From positions 32,001 to 96,000 of IMG/VR virus record IMGVR_UViG_3300021408_000001: a stretch of DNA of 64,000 bases; one strand, written 5' to 3'. The notes under the pieces were generated by a model that saw only the letters and a list, made by a program, of their open reading frames with translations, searched no databases and was not told the DNA's origin. The first letter of the stretch is position 1. The number at the start of each line of letters is the position of its first letter. Origin of the DNA: a virus. Lineage: Duplodnaviria; Caudoviricetes. Both the position numbers and the translations under genes were made by a program. Of this stretch, positions 1 through 9,975 are shown piece by piece.

Positions 1-221
1 TCCAGCGCTTCAATCTCAATGTCGCCTGCGTAGTGTAGGTTGCCGGGAACAATACCAACAACACCAGCTAGGTTACGAATAACCCTACGCTCGATGAGTT
101 CGTTATTGGCCTCAAGAGTCTCACTCCTAATAGGAATGTATTTCTGAGGAGCAACATAGGTACCAATGGTTGTCTCACGAGCAATGCCCACGATACCTGC
201 TGCGTTAAGACCTACAGGCAT
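1..221 (-). CDS. Major tail tube protein, N-terminal part (truncated by window edge)
   Basis: Not in the ORF track. Reverse strand from ATG at 221 reads MPVGLNAAGIVGIARETTIGTYVAPQKYIPIRSETLEANNELIERR, matching the typical tail-tube N-terminus (GIA.ETT.GTYVAP). It lies downstream of the neck genes. Confidence 0.7.
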   Translation of the reverse strand, partial: MPVGLNAAGIVGIARETTIGTYVAPQKYIPIRSETLEANNELIERRVIRNLAGVVGIVPGNLHYAGDIEIEAL

Positions 222-227
222 TATTTA

Positions 228-596
228 TCACCTTCCCTCTTCAGTAGGCTGCTCGGTTTTTGGTTTAGCGACTACACCAGCAGTCTTCGGCTCTTCTGAC
301 GGGGCTTCTACAGTGACCCCACCAGGAAGATCGGTGGAACGAATTCCTGAAAATTCACCGGTTGATACGGTGGTAGCACCTGCTGCCTGCGCCCTAGTTT
401 CTGCGTACTTAGCATCCATATCATCTGAATGCTGAAACACAGGAAGCTTCTTACCATTCTCCAAGGGGAATCCTAGGACAACATCCTTGTCCCCAGGAAT
501 TTCGTAAGACTTCATGTTAAGACGTAGGCCGTAAGGGCCACAATCAATTATCTCATCATGGGGCCTGTTCAATACATTTACAGAAAGAGTAGCCAT
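228..596 (-). CDS. Hypothetical virion-module protein
   Basis: Tightly packed in the minus-strand structural operon between the terminator-like gene and the tail tube. Confidence 0.6.
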   Translation of the reverse strand: MATLSVNVLNRPHDEIIDCGPYGLRLNMKSYEIPGDKDVVLGFPLENGKKLPVFQHSDDMDAKYAETRAQAAGATTVSTGEFSGIRSTDLPGGVTVEAPSEEPKTAGVVAKPKTEQPTEEGR

Positions 597-1061
597 TTAC
601 TCCACCAATCGGGTCTTGGTCATGCCAATCCAAATGAGCCTGTTGGCCCTGACAAGCTTATCTCCAAGCATTTTGTAGCCATACTCCGATCGGGACACAT
701 GGCCACTAATAATTATGCCACCAAAACGTGTACCACCAGCGAATTGCACATCAATGCTTTCCTTATTCAAAGCATCTGCTAGAGATTCCGACAGATCGTC
801 GCAAACCTCTTGAATCATCTCAGTGCCCTGAAGACTAGCAAAATACATTAGAATGTTTATTGTAAAAAGGTTGTCAGTTTGGTACGGCATGCCCGACAGC
901 TCTCGTGTGGTTATCGCTGGCTCCACACAAACTGATGGGTATTTCGCAAATGTCTGTTGATCTCCGTAAAAGACTTGCTTGACCCCTAACGAGTCTTTGT
1001 TGAGATCAATAAAATCCTTAATGGCCCTAGCTACTAACGATCCCCTGTAAGTATACGCCAT
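597..1061 (-). CDS. Putative tail terminator/tail completion protein
   Basis: Size 154 aa, synteny after the virion morphogenesis gene, and a YPSVCVEP-like motif. Confidence 0.55.
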   Translation of the reverse strand: MAYTYRGSLVARAIKDFIDLNKDSLGVKQVFYGDQQTFAKYPSVCVEPAITTRELSGMPYQTDNLFTINILMYFASLQGTEMIQEVCDDLSESLADALNKESIDVQFAGGTRFGGIIISGHVSRSEYGYKMLGDKLVRANRLIWIGMTKTRLVE

Positions 1062-1065
1062 CGCA

Positions 1066-1626
1066 TTACCTTCCCCCTGTTAGTACTTTGACAGCGCTAC
1101 CGAATCCTCCAAGCAATGCTGTGATTCCACCACCGATGACGGTTGTGACTATAGCATACTTGAGGATCTTGCCGATACTATCGGCGAGAAAGATTTGCTC
1201 AATTCGTGCTTCATCAGCAGTTTGAATAGTAGACCATGGTCTAGCCGGTAGCCATGGTCCCCCAGCTTCATGTATACCAGCGTAGTACGCACTACCAAGA
1301 CTTGATGCCAGCAAGTATGCCTCGTTATTATTGATAGTCCATGGTTTAATCGACGTTACCATTTCCTTCATTTTTCCAGTTTGCTGGAGAATAGGCATGC
1401 CTGGATATTCTCTACGAGTAATTGTCACCTCAGCCAAAGGCTCCCATGGCGGGATACCTTCAGCTTCGAAGTTAGCGTTGATAGAGGGTATTACGATGCC
1501 TTTAATAGCCTCTTCAATTGGCTGCTTGAAGCTTCTAAAAGCACCCGCAGCGCGATAAAACCCGCCCACAATAATGGCCGGGCTTGGATCTATGTCTATA
1601 TCAATTGACAACATTGGCTTAGCCAT
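1066..1626 (-). CDS. Phage virion morphogenesis protein (Mu gpG / tail completion S-like)
   Basis: Motifs NFEAEG..WEPL..T, ILQQTGKM and YAGIHEAGG..LPARPW are characteristic of the family. Confidence 0.75.
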   Translation of the reverse strand: MAKPMLSIDIDIDPSPAIIVGGFYRAAGAFRSFKQPIEEAIKGIVIPSINANFEAEGIPPWEPLAEVTITRREYPGMPILQQTGKMKEMVTSIKPWTINNNEAYLLASSLGSAYYAGIHEAGGPWLPARPWSTIQTADEARIEQIFLADSIGKILKYAIVTTVIGGGITALLGGFGSAVKVLTGGR

Positions 1627-2096
1627 TAGAATACAACCTGGCTAGTAAACCAACGAGCAGCACCACCCTCAGCAGTAGGATCATCCAACCAAATCTGTGT
1701 AGCTGCATCGGTTGGATAGAACCCTATTGATGCAGATGCTGGAGCATTAGGGTCCGGGTCAACCCCTGGAAGGTCAATCGCGCCAGAGACTAACCCTTCC
1801 AGGAGTTCCTGGACACGCCTCTCCAACCATGTGGAGTAGGCAGTCTCTCCATCATCTTCTGATATGGCCTTGCGTAGAGTGAATGCTGCGACCAGCATTG
1901 CAACCATACGCAAGACCATGCCAGGAGTATTAGTACCATTGGTCCATGTAGACGTGTCGTAACGTTGCTCTAGGTACGACAGGATTATATCACTGGCCAT
2001 GTGTTCAAGTTCGGCATTGACTCCCTCAGCAGGGAGAATGTCCCACTTGTCAACGTTAAGCCAGGATTGTACCTGTGCCGGAGTGACGTAGCTCAC
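1626..2096 (-). CDS. Head-to-tail adaptor (Mu gp36/DUF1320-like)
   Basis: MSYVT start, I.SYL..RY, and C-terminal LLEGLVSGAIDL. Follows the capsid genes. Confidence 0.65.
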   Translation of the reverse strand: MSYVTPAQVQSWLNVDKWDILPAEGVNAELEHMASDIILSYLEQRYDTSTWTNGTNTPGMVLRMVAMLVAAFTLRKAISEDDGETAYSTWLERRVQELLEGLVSGAIDLPGVDPDPNAPASASIGFYPTDAATQIWLDDPTAEGGAARWFTSQVVF

Positions 2097-2110
2097 GACT
2101 ACGGCCTATG

Positions 2111-2446
2111 TTACTTACTAGTTGTAGCAGAACCTGAAGACTTGGCAGTCCCAGTCGTTGGGCCAGAGGACTTAGAATCATCGGTCTTAGGCTGCTCCTT
2201 AGAAGCTGCAGCAAGCTGAGCTTCTAGTTCGGCAACCTTTGCCCGTAGTTCGTCAGTCTCTACAAGAGCATCCTGTACCTGCTCACCAGTAGACTTAGTA
2301 CGGTCGTAGTTTGAGGCCGCACCAATCTCTAGTAGGTGAGCAATACGCTCCTGGCTCAGACCTTCCAGCTTATCTCCAGCATGGAAGACCTTGATCTTAC
2401 CATCGTCTTGAAGCTCTTTGATATCACTGAATGCATAAGCAGGCAT
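2111..2446 (-). CDS. Capsid-associated hypothetical protein with coiled coil and Ser/Thr-rich tail
   Basis: Directly downstream of the capsid gene; C-terminus SKSSGPTTGTAKSSGSATTSK. Confidence 0.55.
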   Translation of the reverse strand: MPAYAFSDIKELQDDGKIKVFHAGDKLEGLSQERIAHLLEIGAASNYDRTKSTGEQVQDALVETDELRAKVAELEAQLAAASKEQPKTDDSKSSGPTTGTAKSSGSATTSK

Positions 2447-2459
2447 TAAAGAACTCCAA

Positions 2460-3449
2460 TCAAGAGTCAGGCGACAGGACGTCAGTGATCAAGTAACCAG
2501 CGATAGAGTCGTTGCTGCTATCGACAGCAATCATTCGATACTCGTACCGGCGACTAACTTCCACGATGTCCGAACGACGCCGCTGTTCACGCCAACGCTG
2601 AACAACCTGTGACTCTCCACCTGGGTAGACCCAAGTGAACTCATATGCGAACGCAGGAATCCTTAGACCAGGACGCTGCGGCACATAAGCGATTACAACG
2701 TTCTCACCCCATAGATAGGCAAGCGACTCTGTCGTGCCCATAGGAGCGGTGTTGTAACCCATGCCAGGCACGGTGATGTTGTTCAGGTTGAACAGTGAGG
2801 AGATTAGATCCTGAGAAACCACACCGGTCTGAGAGTACTTAATACGCTCAATGAAGTCCGGGTGATCCTCTAGGTAAACCATAACCTGCCACGGAATAAC
2901 CGCGTAGTTAGGCTCTAGGAAGATCTTGCTGTGGATGGTAGTCCTAGCAGTCTTCACGTCCGCAATGGGATTAGATGTTGCGTAGGTATCCCACTGTAGG
3001 CCAGAGCCAAGGTTTACCGAGTGGCCTGATGCATAGTTAGCAGTAGTGGTAACGAGGTTCTTAAGAATCAGCTCTCGCTGCAACAGCACCTTCGCTGTAA
3101 CAAGCTCGGTACCATCACGGTCAGGAGAAAGAGGAGAATCAGCGTTCTCTCGCTCTTCGTCTGTGACCGCAATACGTAGCGCGTGCTCGACTGCGAAGTA
3201 TGGAGTTGTCGCAACGGTCAAGCCCGGGATCTCGTTAGCTTCACCACCAGGTGAACGAACATCAGAGCCAGGCTCAAGAACCCAACCTTCACGACCGAAC
3301 ACATAGTACTTGTCCGACTGCTTACGCACACGGACAGACGGAGCTAGTTGCTCACCAACGCCAGCGACGTTAGGCCAAGCAACAGAAATCTGGGTTAGAA
3401 CCTGATCAACGTGGACGTCGCCGCCGCCGCGTGGGTCATAAACAGCCAT
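2460..3449 (-). CDS. Major capsid protein (HK97 fold)
   Basis: 329 aa with HVDQVLTQISVAW, V.KQSDKYYVFG and W....SNPIADV motifs. Sits after protease, scaffold and decoration genes. Confidence 0.85.
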   Translation of the reverse strand: MAVYDPRGGGDVHVDQVLTQISVAWPNVAGVGEQLAPSVRVRKQSDKYYVFGREGWVLEPGSDVRSPGGEANEIPGLTVATTPYFAVEHALRIAVTDEERENADSPLSPDRDGTELVTAKVLLQRELILKNLVTTTANYASGHSVNLGSGLQWDTYATSNPIADVKTARTTIHSKIFLEPNYAVIPWQVMVYLEDHPDFIERIKYSQTGVVSQDLISSLFNLNNITVPGMGYNTAPMGTTESLAYLWGENVVIAYVPQRPGLRIPAFAYEFTWVYPGGESQVVQRWREQRRRSDIVEVSRRYEYRMIAVDSSNDSIAGYLITDVLSPDS

Positions 3450-3826
3450 CAGACAGTACCTGCCTGTGTCAATAGGACGTCGACATGCTGTCCAGTAATA
3501 GTCGCCGGAGTTAGCAAAATACCAACTACAGCACTGGAAGAAGCAACGACACGTCCAGACGCATCCGTGCTAATCTGGACACCAGAAGTACCAAGAATAG
3601 ATCCAGCGATAGCTCTAGTAATACCCATCAGAGCAACATTGACAACACGACCACTAGTCGCATCACCAGCACTGATCTCTTCTTGAGCTACACCGATAAC
3701 AGGCTCACCCGGGGCGTTAGCCTGTGTAACAGAGGTGCCGGCAGCATTAAGCTCTACGAAGCGGAACTTCGTAATGGCGCCACCTGCAACCCATCCTTTA
3801 GATAGAACGTAGTTCGGTCCAGCCAT
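3449..3826 (-). CDS. Capsid decoration/cement protein (DUF2190-like)
   Basis: 125 aa Gly/Ala/Val-rich (AGGAITKFRFV, IGVAQE, TDASGRVV) immediately upstream of the capsid gene. Confidence 0.75.
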   Translation of the reverse strand: MAGPNYVLSKGWVAGGAITKFRFVELNAAGTSVTQANAPGEPVIGVAQEEISAGDATSGRVVNVALMGITRAIAGSILGTSGVQISTDASGRVVASSSAVVGILLTPATITGQHVDVLLTQAGTV

Positions 3827-3831
3827 CTAGC

Positions 3832-4485
3832 TCACCTCCATTCCGAGGTAGCAGACTCGCGGTAAGCCTCGAACAGCTCTGGATTCGCAGCAGAAACTCG
3901 CGTAACAGCATCTGCGTAGCCCATGTTCTCATCAGATTCCATGAGCTTCTGAACCTCAGAATTGAAGCGAGTACCAGCGTCTCGCATGCTGCCAGCAGCA
4001 GCACGGCCACGCTCGCCAAGCTCCACTGTGCCGCTATCGGTGAGAACTTCCTTGACAAGGTCAACAACTAGGTTGCCGGCCTTAGGAGGCATAGCAGCAA
4101 TAAGCTCGCTAAGCTTCTCACTAACGTGCGGTGCGAGGATGCGCCGGGCGTTACCAACTTCGCTCATCTTGCGACGAACTTCTTGCAGACGATTAGCTGT
4201 TTCTAGCTCAGCAATCTTCTGCCTATTATCCTGAAGTTCAGCAAGTACAGCCTTAACGTACTCGTTGTCCTCAGCCATCTTCTGTAGCGCCTGCTGCATT
4301 GGTGCAGTAATAGGCGCTGGAGGTGCAACCGGGGGAGTAACTGGTGCTCCACCGCTACCCTCACCGCTAGAACCTAGGTTCTTAACAGCTTCGGATAGCT
4401 TACTCTGCAAATCCTCATCTGTGGTGTTAGTGTCGAACTTAACACCATGAAGAGTGGCCAAGAACTCAAGAGCTTCTCGCCCCAT
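3832..4485 (-). CDS. Capsid scaffolding protein
   Basis: Pro-rich linker plus coiled coil, ending in Y.DAV..V....PEL...Y as in scaffold C-termini. Lies between protease and decoration genes. Confidence 0.65.
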   Translation of the reverse strand: MGREALEFLATLHGVKFDTNTTDEDLQSKLSEAVKNLGSSGEGSGGAPVTPPVAPPAPITAPMQQALQKMAEDNEYVKAVLAELQDNRQKIAELETANRLQEVRRKMSEVGNARRILAPHVSEKLSELIAAMPPKAGNLVVDLVKEVLTDSGTVELGERGRAAAGSMRDAGTRFNSEVQKLMESDENMGYADAVTRVSAANPELFEAYRESATSEWR

Positions 4486-5311
4486 AAGGGTTACCCTCCG
4501 TCCTGGTAGACTCTGTTATAGCTATGGTAAAAGGCTCCCAATCTGCTTCCTTAAAGGAGAACAGAATAGATCCGTGAGTAACCTCTGGATCTACCTTGGG
4601 AGCCGGTGGCTTTGCAGCCGTCTTCTTCGATTCATTGAATTTCGTAATTATCTGTGTCTTAAGTGAGTCATCTGTGGTTGAATCGTCGAACTTGATGCTG
4701 CATAGCTCAGCATAAGTCTCCATAAGACTACGGATCGCAGTCTTTTCGACCTGCTCCGGAACCGTAATGTGTTCGGCCAGGTTAAGAGGAAGAATGCCCT
4801 TTAGATGAGGCATGTTTGTTAGTGCCCCACCGAAGAAGACATCCTTAAAAGTTTGCCCGTTAGCTGGGTGTTTCCACTCATTTGCATATTCAGGCGAGAA
4901 ATACTTGTAACCCTTGTCCTTAATTCTCTGGAAAGCTTCTCGCGTCCAGTCGACTAGGACCCACAGACCATCCGGGCGGGTATCAGCTCGCTGAATCCAG
5001 CCAGCAGCATCTTTACGCTGCTCACCATGGTCGTAGTTAATGGGTAGATCCTGGTCACGTACACCTTGATTGATGCCGGCAGCCATACGTGCTGCTCTTT
5101 CGGCATTCATAATGATCTTGCCGTACTGTGGATGCGACCATTCTCCATATGGGAAGGCTTGAATCCAACGACTCGTGCCTTCACCTTCGCCTAGAGAGTA
5201 CTTCTGTAGATCAACAAGATAGCCAAAATGCACGTCGGCTTCCGCGACAGAAGACTCTGACAAGGCGAACATGTTGATGGCCTCATTCGTGCTTCGGCTC
5301 ATATCAGACAT
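4466..5311 (-). CDS. Prohead protease (Mu gpI-like)
   Basis: Motifs LPINYDH, AAGWI, GLW..VDWT..A...I....YKYFSPE and GGALTN.P. Confidence 0.85.
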   Translation of the reverse strand: MSDMSRSTNEAINMFALSESSVAEADVHFGYLVDLQKYSLGEGEGTSRWIQAFPYGEWSHPQYGKIIMNAERAARMAAGINQGVRDQDLPINYDHGEQRKDAAGWIQRADTRPDGLWVLVDWTREAFQRIKDKGYKYFSPEYANEWKHPANGQTFKDVFFGGALTNMPHLKGILPLNLAEHITVPEQVEKTAIRSLMETYAELCSIKFDDSTTDDSLKTQIITKFNESKKTAAKPPAPKVDPEVTHGSILFSFKEADWEPFTIAITESTRTEGNPYGARSS

Positions 5312-5412
5312 GAGGCTACCTCCTTGCTCAAACTATGTCAACTATATTGGAAACTTTTATGTTTAAGCGATCTACACGCTCTACAAAACCAAAACGGTTT
5401 TATAAACGTTAA

Positions 5413-5940
5413 TCACCTGTGTGCTCTTATAACCGTTTCCTGACCATAGATACTCTCAGCGTCAATAGTGACGACAGAGGCACTACAATCTAAACGTTCC
5501 AAGATATCGTTGATATTAAATGCTATGTCAGGTACACCCATGCCGCATACGTCATCATCGATTACAACAGTCTCTTTAGTAAGAGGTGTAAATAAAATTA
5601 TACAGATCTTGTCAACGAAGGATGCAACTGCATTATCTAGAATCTTTTCCCACTCGTGATTGTGCTCTAACACATGTCTCAAGAGTATTCCGGAAACATT
5701 AGATCTATAGGTTGTTAGATCTTCGACGGCATCGCACCATAGGCTGTGCGTCCCATCGATGCCCCTGTAACCGCCTACATGAACATTTCTAAACCATCCA
5801 TACCCACATCCCCAATCCTCTACGTAGAGCCCCCTCAGCCATTCCTCGGCCATTGAATAGGTAGTAGGATCACCATAAGGTATTTGCTGCGCAGCTCTTG
5901 CATACCAATTAGACCAGCGGCCAAGATTAGTCTGCATCAC
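5413..5940 (-). CDS. Class I SAM-dependent methyltransferase-like protein
   Basis: VEDWGCGYG motif I, YRGIDG, and LLRHVLEHN. Confidence 0.7.
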   Translation of the reverse strand: MMQTNLGRWSNWYARAAQQIPYGDPTTYSMAEEWLRGLYVEDWGCGYGWFRNVHVGGYRGIDGTHSLWCDAVEDLTTYRSNVSGILLRHVLEHNHEWEKILDNAVASFVDKICIILFTPLTKETVVIDDDVCGMGVPDIAFNINDILERLDCSASVVTIDAESIYGQETVIRAHR

Positions 5941-6232
5941 GAACAGTCTTTTGTACTACAGACAGTTCCCAAGTACACTTGAGGCCAGTCTCCTCTTCCC
6001 ATATCTCTACATAGCATTGTGGGCATAGAATAATTTCAGGACCAGACTCACTGAAATGTGACGAAGTAACTAGATTCCATTCAATGTTATCAGTACTCCA
6101 GGATTGTATATTCCTAGTTCCACAATTGTGACAATAGTCCTCTGGATGAAAATCTACCCAGCCTACATCTCTCTGACGATCAATATCTTCGACATCAATG
6201 TGGGTTAGTCTTACTGCCAATTTGGTGACCAC
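5927..6232 (-). CDS. Small Cys-rich (CxxC...CxxC) protein
   Basis: CHNCG and LCPQCY motifs. Confidence 0.5.
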   Translation of the reverse strand: MVTKLAVRLTHIDVEDIDRQRDVGWVDFHPEDYCHNCGTRNIQSWSTDNIEWNLVTSSHFSESGPEIILCPQCYVEIWEEETGLKCTWELSVVQKTVRDAD

Positions 6233-7011
6233 CAGTACTCAGGGACATTAAAGTCATTGGATACTATAGGATCTGGCCAACGCATATTATCGAATTGTTC
6301 TTTGGTGAGCTTTATAAGTTCTTCACCGTTAGCATGATAACCATTATTAGAGCAAGCATCTAGGTCAAGCGACTTGAGTTCTCCGTGAGAGAACCAACTC
6401 AACTTTCTCTCTTTAGTACTAGAATTGCCCAACCATGACAAGTGCCAACCAAATCCGCATTGTAGGAACCCATATCTAGAGTTCCTTTGCTTCTGCGGAC
6501 TCAGGTCTTTATACTTGCAAGATACAGTGTGCAGTAGTTGACTGGGGTACAAATAGTCCAGGGCAAAACCGTGCATACGCATCGGCACGGCTACGACACC
6601 ATACAGATTAGTGCATCCCACAATTTCTGGTATGAAGATGGGATCTACGATTTCGTCCATGTCAGACAACATGACGATGTCGTCAGGGGCAATATTAATG
6701 CCCTTTGCCTCCAATATCTCCGGAAGCATATCAGTAATTTTGTCGCGATGCTGATACTCGATCCAGCCCCAATGCTGTCCTCCCCACTCAGACTTCTCAC
6801 CTTCCGGGAACGGATCAGCTTTAACTGTTGCCCAAATGATATCTAAATCCTCAGGAGGTGCTTCATTAGGAGATGCATCACCCTGGTAAGTGAGATCACA
6901 GGAGATTGCGACCATGGCATCAACATGATCACGCATCGTCATGTGCCTAAGGCGCACCATATCATGCTCGTGTGCACCAGAATACAGAAACACATCAATA
7001 ATTTTACTCAT
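6211..7011 (-). CDS. Glycosyltransferase family 17-like (GlcNAc transferase)
   Basis: IIDVFLY..E..M..LR, E..HRD, DDIVMLSDMDEI and GWHLSW..K...FSH.E motifs. Confidence 0.8.
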   Translation of the reverse strand: MSKIIDVFLYSGAHEHDMVRLRHMTMRDHVDAMVAISCDLTYQGDASPNEAPPEDLDIIWATVKADPFPEGEKSEWGGQHWGWIEYQHRDKITDMLPEILEAKGINIAPDDIVMLSDMDEIVDPIFIPEIVGCTNLYGVVAVPMRMHGFALDYLYPSQLLHTVSCKYKDLSPQKQRNSRYGFLQCGFGWHLSWLGNSSTKERKLSWFSHGELKSLDLDACSNNGYHANGEELIKLTKEQFDNMRWPDPIVSNDFNVPEYWWSPNWQ

Positions 7012-7698
7012 TTATGCACACTTCCTAAGCCACCCAGCAGGGTCCATAGTTATTGGATAAAGACTTTCAACGTTCTCATCTCGCATAAACTCTTTGTGAT
7101 TAGGAAGAAACGTTTCTATAGCCTCCAGCGGCCCATGACCACCCGGCCATTGCTTATCTGGATCATGCGGTAACCATCGGAAGACACCATCTTCAACTAC
7201 CATATAACATTCGGGAGTAACTATATCATGATATAGTTTCATCTCTGCTAGAACATGGCATGCATGGTGATCGCTATCCAGAATTACCATGCACTTCTTG
7301 TTAGCTGCAAAATCCCTAATTTGTTTTTCTATATTAGAATCTATGGAACTACCGATTAGCCACTTAACCTTGCTTCCGCATCTAAGTCTTCTACTACTAT
7401 CAACAGAGTCGTACACATCAACTGTTATAACATCTGGCCCAAAGTTTGAAAACCACTCTGCCGAAGCACCAGTCGCTGTGCCGCACTCAACAATTACTTC
7501 CGGTTCAGTGTCCTCAATAACGTATCTATACCTCTCGACATCTTCATCGATCTTGATCATGCCATGAGGTGGATACCATGAGCTGGAAAATACATCAACG
7601 CTACCTTCAATGTTGATGATGGTAGGTAATCCAATCTTGGGCGTGAGCAAGTACTCTTGAACTAAGTTCATAGCTCTCGACTCACACTTATGATTCAT
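7012..7698 (-). CDS. CmcI/cephalosporin-hydroxylase-family (sugar O-)methyltransferase
   Basis: K...D..RY..I....PEVIVECGT..G.SA, MVILDSDH...HVLAE, YMVVEDG and T..PAGWL motifs. Confidence 0.8.
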   Translation of the reverse strand: MNHKCESRAMNLVQEYLLTPKIGLPTIINIEGSVDVFSSSWYPPHGMIKIDEDVERYRYVIEDTEPEVIVECGTATGASAEWFSNFGPDVITVDVYDSVDSSRRLRCGSKVKWLIGSSIDSNIEKQIRDFAANKKCMVILDSDHHACHVLAEMKLYHDIVTPECYMVVEDGVFRWLPHDPDKQWPGGHGPLEAIETFLPNHKEFMRDENVESLYPITMDPAGWLRKCA

Positions 7699-9974
7699 GT
7701 CTTCCTCAGGAATCCAGCGGGATGCATGGTCACTGGGAACATCGTTTCGGTATTTTTGTCTCGTTCAAATTCTTTGTGTCGCGACAGGTAGGCTTCGATA
7801 GCTTGCATAGGACCATGGTTGATCAGTGACCTGTGCTCATCCACAGGAATCCAGCGTACAAGGCCGTCCTCAACAACCATGTAGCAATCGTCACTAACTA
7901 GCTGGCCATATATTTCCATCTCGGCAAGCACATGACATGTGTGATGATCACTGTCCAGAATTACCATGCACTTCTTATCACCAACATACTCTTTGACCGT
8001 TGCGACGATGTCTGCGTCTACGGAACTTCCGTACAGCCAATGTATATTTTCTCCATTTTTGATCTTGCGCTCGGGATCGACGTGGTTTTCTACGTCTATC
8101 GTCACTACTTCCAGTCCCAAGCTCGCTAGCCATTCAGCGGACCCACCTTGCCAAGTACCGCATTCGATCACTATCTCCGCTTGAGTCTTAGCAATAATTT
8201 CATGGTATCGTTCAATATCCTCACTAATCTTCACCATACTAGGGAAGTTATATTCTTCGCCATCTTTTACTCTTACCTTTGCAATATTAGCCCATTGCCG
8301 TGGGAATGCCTTGACACTAGCCTCAATATCGGCAATGAAGGAGAGGCGATCAGCAGAGATTCTATCCATATATCCGGATATGGTTTCCACGGTGCTGGGG
8401 GCACAGGTGTGGACTTGGGTCGCCTGTTGAGCAGTTTGCAATCTCTGCATATGCTGCTCGTGGATCTTCTCGTAAGCGATTCGATCCTTCTCCAACTGCT
8501 CGCTAAAGGCAGACCACAGGGGATCGCCTGAGGTTTGTCCACCACCATCCAGATGCTCAACGTAAGCATTAAGGACTATCGCAGCCTTCCGTGGAATATC
8601 CTTTGTAACGACATTCCCGATCTCAATGGAAGTGATTAGATCATTATCTCCGTACCACCACATGCACTCTTCGGGGAAGCGATAGCCGCTGGCGAACCAC
8701 TCACCACGTACCATGAATGCAAAGCCAGCAAATCCGCCGGTGCCGTCATAACGAGCGGCGCAGATGTCGTGAACTTCTTGGACCTCAGCGTCAAAGACCC
8801 TGTCGTCATAGTTTCCACAGACGGCTACCAACTCACTGTTCCTAAACAGTGAGAGCGACAGCTTATCTAGGAAGCCAGCTCCCATCTTGATATCATTGTT
8901 CAGGATTGCTACGTGGACCTTGTGACCGTGCTTCTCAAGAGCGTGATCGACAGCCTTATTCCACATGTGGTGGATACCAATTTCTGGACAATCCAGAACA
9001 GTTATATCATCCTGCTCGGCAAGCCAGTCCTTGGTATCTTGCTGCGAACCATTGTCACATATTATGATTTCTGTGAACTTGTCTTCACGAATCTGCTCGA
9101 CAAGATCTTTAGTTAGGTGTAGCTTATCTTTTACAGGAATAACTACTGCAATTGGAGGGCGACGGAAACCTACGCCTTCCTTAATATCCTTTGGGTACCA
9201 GATGCGATCTTCCTTATGATGCCCAATCTCAACACTACAATCTACGAAGATCTGGTAACCTAGAGCCTTAAGTTTCAAACAGAAACTAATGTCCTCTCCA
9301 ACCCAACGCTCCTTAGTTATATAGGAGCCGTCCTTCTGGGCGACGGACATTGATATGGGGTATTCGCTGAACCAGCCGTGGTCCTCTGAAGGAACGCTGA
9401 TGAGGCCGCGGGCATCCATCTCCTCCACGAGCTGGTGACTTCTCTGCGCCGTAAGCCACTTACGGTTTTCTCGTTCTGCGTTCAGAACAGATTGCAGAAC
9501 TTGTCTGTGGACAAGAAGGCAAGCTGCACCAGTAGCGGAAACCTCTAGAAGTGCGTCCGGCGGATAATCCAGCTGGGCACTTAAGAAACGATCACTCTCC
9601 GGATCAAGATGGAAGAGTGTTGGATACGGCCCCATGCCCTCGTCTACGACGACACACAGGCCTCCTACGACCATACAATTGGCTTGTTTAGCAGAGTGTA
9701 ATAGTCGTGGGATCAAGTCCTCCGAAAAAACCATGTCGGAGTCGATCATTAGTAACCACTCGCCATCAGTCTTCAAGAACTGCCTGACTATTTCGTTGCG
9801 CTTGTCAGTTATGTTTACGCCACTTCTACCCCAAAGAACTCCCCTAAAGAATTCCCACTTATTATTTTTGTCAGTGATGACAAGATCTAGTAGCGATCGA
9901 GCAAATTCAGCACTTATGTATCCGTTGCTAACATTACCAATATAAACTCTGGTAGATTGAAGTTCGATCTGCAT
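7695..9974 (-). CDS. Fusion of two GT-A/GT2-like glycosyltransferase domains and a CmcI-family methyltransferase
   Basis: First domain: RNEIVRQFL..WLLMIDSDM..ATGAACLLVHR..GEDISFC. Second domain: VVIPVK..CDNGS..ILNNDI..WWYGDND. The C-terminal domain is paralogous to 7012-7698. Confidence 0.8.
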   Translation of the reverse strand: MQIELQSTRVYIGNVSNGYISAEFARSLLDLVITDKNNKWEFFRGVLWGRSGVNITDKRNEIVRQFLKTDGEWLLMIDSDMVFSEDLIPRLLHSAKQANCMVVGGLCVVVDEGMGPYPTLFHLDPESDRFLSAQLDYPPDALLEVSATGAACLLVHRQVLQSVLNAERENRKWLTAQRSHQLVEEMDARGLISVPSEDHGWFSEYPISMSVAQKDGSYITKERWVGEDISFCLKLKALGYQIFVDCSVEIGHHKEDRIWYPKDIKEGVGFRRPPIAVVIPVKDKLHLTKDLVEQIREDKFTEIIICDNGSQQDTKDWLAEQDDITVLDCPEIGIHHMWNKAVDHALEKHGHKVHVAILNNDIKMGAGFLDKLSLSLFRNSELVAVCGNYDDRVFDAEVQEVHDICAARYDGTGGFAGFAFMVRGEWFASGYRFPEECMWWYGDNDLITSIEIGNVVTKDIPRKAAIVLNAYVEHLDGGGQTSGDPLWSAFSEQLEKDRIAYEKIHEQHMQRLQTAQQATQVHTCAPSTVETISGYMDRISADRLSFIADIEASVKAFPRQWANIAKVRVKDGEEYNFPSMVKISEDIERYHEIIAKTQAEIVIECGTWQGGSAEWLASLGLEVVTIDVENHVDPERKIKNGENIHWLYGSSVDADIVATVKEYVGDKKCMVILDSDHHTCHVLAEMEIYGQLVSDDCYMVVEDGLVRWIPVDEHRSLINHGPMQAIEAYLSRHKEFERDKNTETMFPVTMHPAGFLRKT

Positions 9975-9975
9975 A

